18,018 nt of DNA from Methanobacteriota archaeon (GTDB lineage: Archaea; Halobacteriota; Methanosarcinia; Methanosarcinales; Methanoperedenaceae), in NCBI GenBank assembly GCA_043729865.1, contig JAYTKX010000014.1, forward strand, positions 1-18,018, written 5' to 3'. Shown piece after piece: positions 12,865 through 18,018 of the stretch. Each line of letters starts with the position of its first letter. Position 1 is the first letter of the stretch. A program made the position numbers and the translations under genes. The notes under the pieces are model-generated. The model worked only from the letters and a program-made list of their open reading frames with translations, was not told the origin of the DNA and did not search any database.

Positions 12865-15086
12865 ATACAATTTTTTGGGCTAAACCAGATCAAACTTATG
12901 AGGCTCATATTGAGGCCGCTTATAACGCATGGAAAGAGACTGTAATAGCCAAAAAAAATCTAATTCAACGATTAAGCAAAGAATTCGGATTTAATGAGGA
13001 ACGTTTTTTGAAAAGCTCACTTTTGACGGTTGTATTACATGATATTGGTAAAAATATAGAACCTTTTCAGAAAATGATGGATGCAAAGAGAAAAGGTGAA
13101 ATATTTAATAATCGAAAAAACTATAGACATGAACTTGTATCATTTTCTTTTGCCATTCAAGGAAGTGTAGCTTTAAGGAAACAAGATGGAATCCTAACAT
13201 TATTACCACTTGAGGCTTTAGCAATTTTAGGTCATCATAAGAAAATCAATCCTGATTTACAATCCTTTTCAAGAGAATGTACGAGTATAAAACCTAATTT
13301 CTATGAAGATGGAATGAATAAAGCCCTCATGTTGGCTGAAGAAATTTTTCTCAAAGAGGGCTTTTCATTACCAAGAATTCCAATTCATAAATATGATTCT
13401 TATGCCGATGCAAGTAAATTAATCAGTTATGATGGTGCTTTTATAAAAATATTTGAAAAAGAAAATTCTGAATCAACTCGTATAATATATTTACTGCTTA
13501 AAGCAATTCTACATTATGCTGACTGGCATGGATCAGCCGGAATGGATGTTAACTATTCTTTGAAAACGCATGCTGACGACTTATTTAGAGAGATTGAAAA
13601 ACGATGTATAGAGAAGAAAATAAAATTTAATGGACTTAGACCATTCCAGGAAGAATGTGCGCATACTTTAGGTAATATCATTTCGATTGCGCCAACCGGA
13701 AGCGGGAAAACCGAAGCGTCTCTATTATGGGCATTGAATAATTTACATAACATGGGCGGAGGAAAACTGATATATCTTTTGCCAACAATGGTTACAGCAA
13801 ACAGTATTTTTACCAGATTGGAAGATTATTTTAGTAAGGGAAATGTAGGGCTTACACACTCCACAGCCTCTTTTATGTTTCAGGATGAAGAAGACAATCC
13901 TGAAAATGTAAGAAATGTCCTTTTTGATAAATCTTTTATTAACCCGGCGACAGTTGCTACAATCGATCAACTATTAGCATCAGGGTTCAATACAGGGAAA
14001 TGGACATTGATAGAAGCTAATGCAGCTAACAGCGTAATAATTATTGATGAAATTCATTCATATGACTCATGGACGTTAGGACTTATCATCGAATCAATTA
14101 AACACTTTTCGAAATTAGGAACTCGTTTTATGCTAATGAGCGCAACTTTGCCAGAGTATTTGATTAACTTATTTTCAAAAGTCCTTCCAAATGTTAGCAT
14201 AATACGAGATGAATCTCTATTGAATTCATGCAGGAATCGTTATCAAATATTTGATAAAACCATTGATGATGCGATTCCTGAAATTGAAAAATCAGTTAAT
14301 AGAGGAATAAAAACGCTTGTTGTGGTCAACAATGTGGCAAAATGTCAAGAGCTTTTTAATAAATTAGAACATTTGAACCCGATGTGTTATCATTCTAAAT
14401 TCATCTTAAAAGATAGAATAGAAAAAGAGAAAGAAATCGACCATCAAAAACTTTTGATTGCAACTCAAGTTGTAGAAGTTTCCCTGGATATTGATTTTGA
14501 TGTTATGTTTTGTGAGTGTGCGCCGCCAGATGCAATAGTTCAGAGGGCTGGAAGAGTTAATAGAAGGAGAGAAAACTCAGATAGTTGGATATCAATATTC
14601 AAAGCATCTGATATATCGAAGAGGATTTATGACCCTGACGATAGCGGATTATTAACGCGTTCCTTTGAAATTTTCAAAAATTCCCCCGAAAAATTAACAG
14701 AAAATGACCTTATCAAAATCGTTGAAGAAGTCTATTTAGGAATTGAAATTGAAAAATCACTAAATTTTATTGATGCAAGTAATCAATACTCAAAAACACA
14801 GCAAAGATTAATGGGTATTTTTGATAATCCAAATCGAGAAGATAGAAATGAAGTTACAAGAAAAATTGAATATCTTCAAATTCCTGTGATCCCTTCAACA
14901 TTTAGAGATGAAGTTTTATCATTGCCGCCTAAACAGCGCAGAATGTATGAAGTAAAAATGCCTTATTGGTATGTCCAAAAGCATAAAGAGACAAATGAAG
15001 ACATTACATTTTGTGAAATGAAATATGATTCTATAATTGGAGCCCAATTTGCAGAAGATAGTCAGGTTTCAAGTTTAATAATATGA
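12861..15086 (+). CDS. cas3: Cas3 HD nuclease-helicase fusion
   Basis: The 741-aa ORF has HD-domain motifs (VLHDIGK, YRHELVS, ILGHHK, HYADWHGS). It also has SF2 helicase motifs (APTGSGKTEA, IIIDEIHSYD, MSATLP, QRAGRVNRR). An ATGA overlap links it to cas5. Confidence 0.95.
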   Translation: MNTIFWAKPDQTYEAHIEAAYNAWKETVIAKKNLIQRLSKEFGFNEERFLKSSLLTVVLHDIGKNIEPFQKMMDAKRKGEIFNNRKNYRHELVSFSFAIQGSVALRKQDGILTLLPLEALAILGHHKKINPDLQSFSRECTSIKPNFYEDGMNKALMLAEEIFLKEGFSLPRIPIHKYDSYADASKLISYDGAFIKIFEKENSESTRIIYLLLKAILHYADWHGSAGMDVNYSLKTHADDLFREIEKRCIEKKIKFNGLRPFQEECAHTLGNIISIAPTGSGKTEASLLWALNNLHNMGGGKLIYLLPTMVTANSIFTRLEDYFSKGNVGLTHSTASFMFQDEEDNPENVRNVLFDKSFINPATVATIDQLLASGFNTGKWTLIEANAANSVIIIDEIHSYDSWTLGLIIESIKHFSKLGTRFMLMSATLPEYLINLFSKVLPNVSIIRDESLLNSCRNRYQIFDKTIDDAIPEIEKSVNRGIKTLVVVNNVAKCQELFNKLEHLNPMCYHSKFILKDRIEKEKEIDHQKLLIATQVVEVSLDIDFDVMFCECAPPDAIVQRAGRVNRRRENSDSWISIFKASDISKRIYDPDDSGLLTRSFEIFKNSPEKLTENDLIKIVEEVYLGIEIEKSLNFIDASNQYSKTQQRLMGIFDNPNREDRNEVTRKIEYLQIPVIPSTFRDEVLSLPPKQRRMYEVKMPYWYVQKHKETNEDITFCEMKYDSIIGAQFAEDSQVSSLII

Positions 15087-15759
15087 ACCTCAAAACCTTC
15101 ACCCTCACCCTCGCCTCCACCCGTCCCATCCAGGGCACCTCCTCACAGCTTCGCGGTTTCTTTGCCACCAAATTCACCGAATACTCCCTCCTCCACCAGC
15201 ACAGCGCAGATAAACTCATCTACCGCTATCCCCTGGTGCAGTACAAGATGATAGACGGCGCGCCCATGGTCATCGGCATCAACGACGGCGCCGACGTTTT
15301 AAAACAGGTTTATGATAAATACGATGAAATAAAACTCGGCGAGGAGGTTTATGAGATCGTGGAGAAGGGTATCTCTGTAAAGAACCAGGAGCTTGGGCTG
15401 TCGGATAAGTTCCATTCATACGAGTTCGCCACCCCCTGGCTTGCGCTCAACCAGGAGAATTACTTGAAGTATTATGGGATGAAAAATTATGATGAAACAC
15501 AGGAATTTATGAGAAAAACCCTGATAGGAAATCTGCTTTCCATGTCGAAATCACTGGATTATCAGGTGCCAGATACCATAAAATGTGATGTAAGGGTAAA
15601 GATCAGGAAAATGAGGCTGAAAGACGTGAATTTAATGGCTTTTATCGGTGGATTTTATGTGAACTTCATAATTCCAGACTATTTTGGCATAGGGAAATCG
15701 GTTTCAAGGGGCTTCGGAGCTGTCAGGCAGCTTTCTTCAAATGGACAGGGGGGCACAGG

Positions 15760-15772
<13 letters not shown>
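15083..15772 (+). CDS. cas6: Cas6 crRNA endoribonuclease
   Basis: The 229-aa ORF shows LRGFFATKF, YRYPLVQYK and the C-terminal glycine-rich loop GIGKSVSRGFGAV, which are Cas6 signatures. An ATGA overlap links it to the cas3 stop. Confidence 0.85.
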
Positions 15773-17036
<1,264 letters not shown>

Positions 17037-17059
17037 GGACTATGCCGACAGGAGATACG

Positions 17060-17632
17060 ATGATAACTATTTCAGATGTGCTTGAATACCTCTTCTGTCC
17101 GCGTTTTATTTATTTCATGCATTGTCTTGCCATCCCGCAGCATGAGGGATCGAGGTTCAAGGTCATAAAAGGCAGGGAAGTGCATGATGAAAAGCGGATC
17201 ACTAACACAGAATACCTGAGAAAGAAGCTTGGTGTTGTGAGAAAAGAAATAAACGTTTTCATAGCCTCGAAGAACCATCATATCAAAGGGATCGTGGACG
17301 AGATCCTTTTTCTGGATGATGGGACTGCGGCACCTTTTGAATATAAGTATGCTGAATTCAAGGATGTGATCTTCCAGACTTATAAATTCCAGCTTGTGCT
17401 TCATGCAATGATGATCAAAGAGAATTACAAGATCGATGTGAAAAAAGGGTTCATTTGTTTTACAAGAAGCAATAATCATATCGAAGAGATCATTTTTACA
17501 GAAAAAGACTTCAAGAAGGGGCTTGATATCATTGATGAAATCCTTGGAATTATTAACAAAGGCTTTTATCCGGGCAAGTCCAAATATAAGAATAAGTGCA
17601 TTGATTGCTGTTATAGTAACATCTGTGTATGA
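17060..17632 (+). CDS. cas4: Cas4 (RecB-like nuclease with Fe-S cluster cysteines)
   Basis: YLFCPRFIYF (N-terminal Cys), GIVDEI...PFEYKY (D/ExK nuclease core), YKFQLVLHAMMI and C-terminal CIDCCYSNIC. GGAG at 17051-17054 favours ATG 17060. The track ORF opens at TTG 17033, and ATG 17042 is also possible. Confidence 0.9.
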   Translation: MITISDVLEYLFCPRFIYFMHCLAIPQHEGSRFKVIKGREVHDEKRITNTEYLRKKLGVVRKEINVFIASKNHHIKGIVDEILFLDDGTAAPFEYKYAEFKDVIFQTYKFQLVLHAMMIKENYKIDVKKGFICFTRSNNHIEEIIFTEKDFKKGLDIIDEILGIINKGFYPGKSKYKNKCIDCCYSNICV

Positions 17633-17740
17633 TTTTCTTATCTTTATATACCAATCTATAATTTTGCAGCAAGAATTTTGAGCGCAAGAAATAAGCCATA
17701 ATAACACGTATTTTGCCCTAATCTGGTGAAAATCTGTGGT
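17633..17740 (+). promoter_or_regulatory. CRISPR leader with an archaeal TATA-box candidate
   Basis: This is a 108-nt AT-rich non-coding stretch between the cas4 stop and repeat 1. TTTATATA at 17643-17650 matches the archaeal TATA consensus, about 90 nt upstream of repeat 1. Confidence 0.5.
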
Positions 17741-18018
17741 ATTCAAGAGGCACATCCACTAAAACAAGGATTGAAACATGTTTCCGATCTTCGATAGGTT
17801 AAGTTTTCCATCTATTCAAGAGGCACATCCACTAAAACAAGGATTGAAACTGGATAATGAAGCAGAAATTCAGGATCTGAAAGAAATTCAAGAGGCACAT
17901 CCACTAAAACAAGGATTGAAACACTCCCTGCGTGCTGCCGTCCAGGTAAACATCCGCATTCAAGAGGCACATCCACTAAAACAAGGATTGAAACTCCCAT
18001 GTGAACTGCTTTGCCCAT
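17741..18018 (+). CRISPR. CRISPR array, 37-nt repeat ATTCAAGAGGCACATCCACTAAAACAAGGATTGAAAC; 4 identical repeats visible, array continues beyond the window
   Basis: Repeats lie at 17741-17777, 17814-17850, 17886-17922 and 17958-17994. Spacers are 36, 35 and 35 nt, plus a partial fourth from 17995. The repeat ends in ATTGAAAC, the usual 8-nt crRNA 5' handle of Cas6-processed type I-B/III repeats. That handle, the upstream leader and the cas genes set transcription on the plus strand. TTCAA (repeat positions 2-6) is complementary to TTGAA (positions 32-36). Confidence 0.97.

Noticed and set aside
17072-17755. A 227-aa minus-strand ORF covering cas4, the leader and part of repeat 1
   Set aside because: It is a long shadow ORF in AT-rich DNA. 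The plus frame has all the Cas4 hallmarks (CPRF, DEI...EYK, C-terminal Cys cluster), and this ORF would have to start inside a CRISPR repeat.
17778-17813. Possible self-targeting: spacer 1 (…TCCGATCTTCGATAGG…) against 916-930 in the ATPase gene (…CCCGATCTTCAAAAG…)
   Set aside because: Only 9 contiguous nt match (CCGATCTTC), consistent with chance in 18 kb. No other spacer showed a longer match by eye.
17812-18018. A 68-aa minus-strand ORF with the reiterated peptide SILVLVDVPLE
   Set aside because: It is simply the translation of the CRISPR repeats. The periodicity comes from the array, not from a protein.

Overview
This looks like an archaeal chromosomal window. MtrD, an MptE-type pterin kinase, an FrhB-family F420 protein and a Cam-type gamma carbonic anhydrase point to a methanogen or methanotroph of the Methanosarcinales type; that taxonomic guess is inference only. 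All family calls come from motifs read by eye; no database search was possible.

Bases 1-8500 carry, in order:
- a partial P-type Ca2+-ATPase-like gene (minus strand, missing from the ORF track because it runs off the window)
- a 32-codon winged-helix relic coupled to the ATPase start
- purC
- a CamH-like carbonic anhydrase
- a ferredoxin-FrhB fusion
- a Na+/Ca2+ exchanger broken into two ORFs
- a membrane-anchored wHTH regulator
- a stand-alone mtrD followed by tiny coupled ORFs
- a frameshifted membrane-protein gene
- mptE

Bases 8700-18018 carry a RelB/RelE-like TA pair with a shortened toxin, a 388-nt non-coding gap, and a complete type I-B (Cst1/Tneap-like) CRISPR-Cas locus. Its order is cas8b-cas7-cas5-cas3-cas6-cas1-cas2-cas4-leader-array, with 37-nt repeats and 4 repeats visible before the window ends.

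Main points for a second look:
1. The cas8b-cas3 interference cassette is markedly AT-richer than its flanks and has sharp boundaries, suggesting a hybrid locus.
2. An inverted, decayed cas6-like 5' fragment at the left boundary mirrors the cas6 5' end at the right boundary.
3. A strong internal SD plus in-frame ATG in the cas8b 3' region could encode a hidden Cas11 small subunit.
4. Repeat-like sequences lie behind a TATA element upstream of cas8b.
5. The orphan mtrD has a coupled uORF and Zn-ribbon ORF.
6. Broken genes are unusually dense, several at homopolymer runs.

I did not find a clearly new multi-gene system. The items above are leads, not demonstrations.
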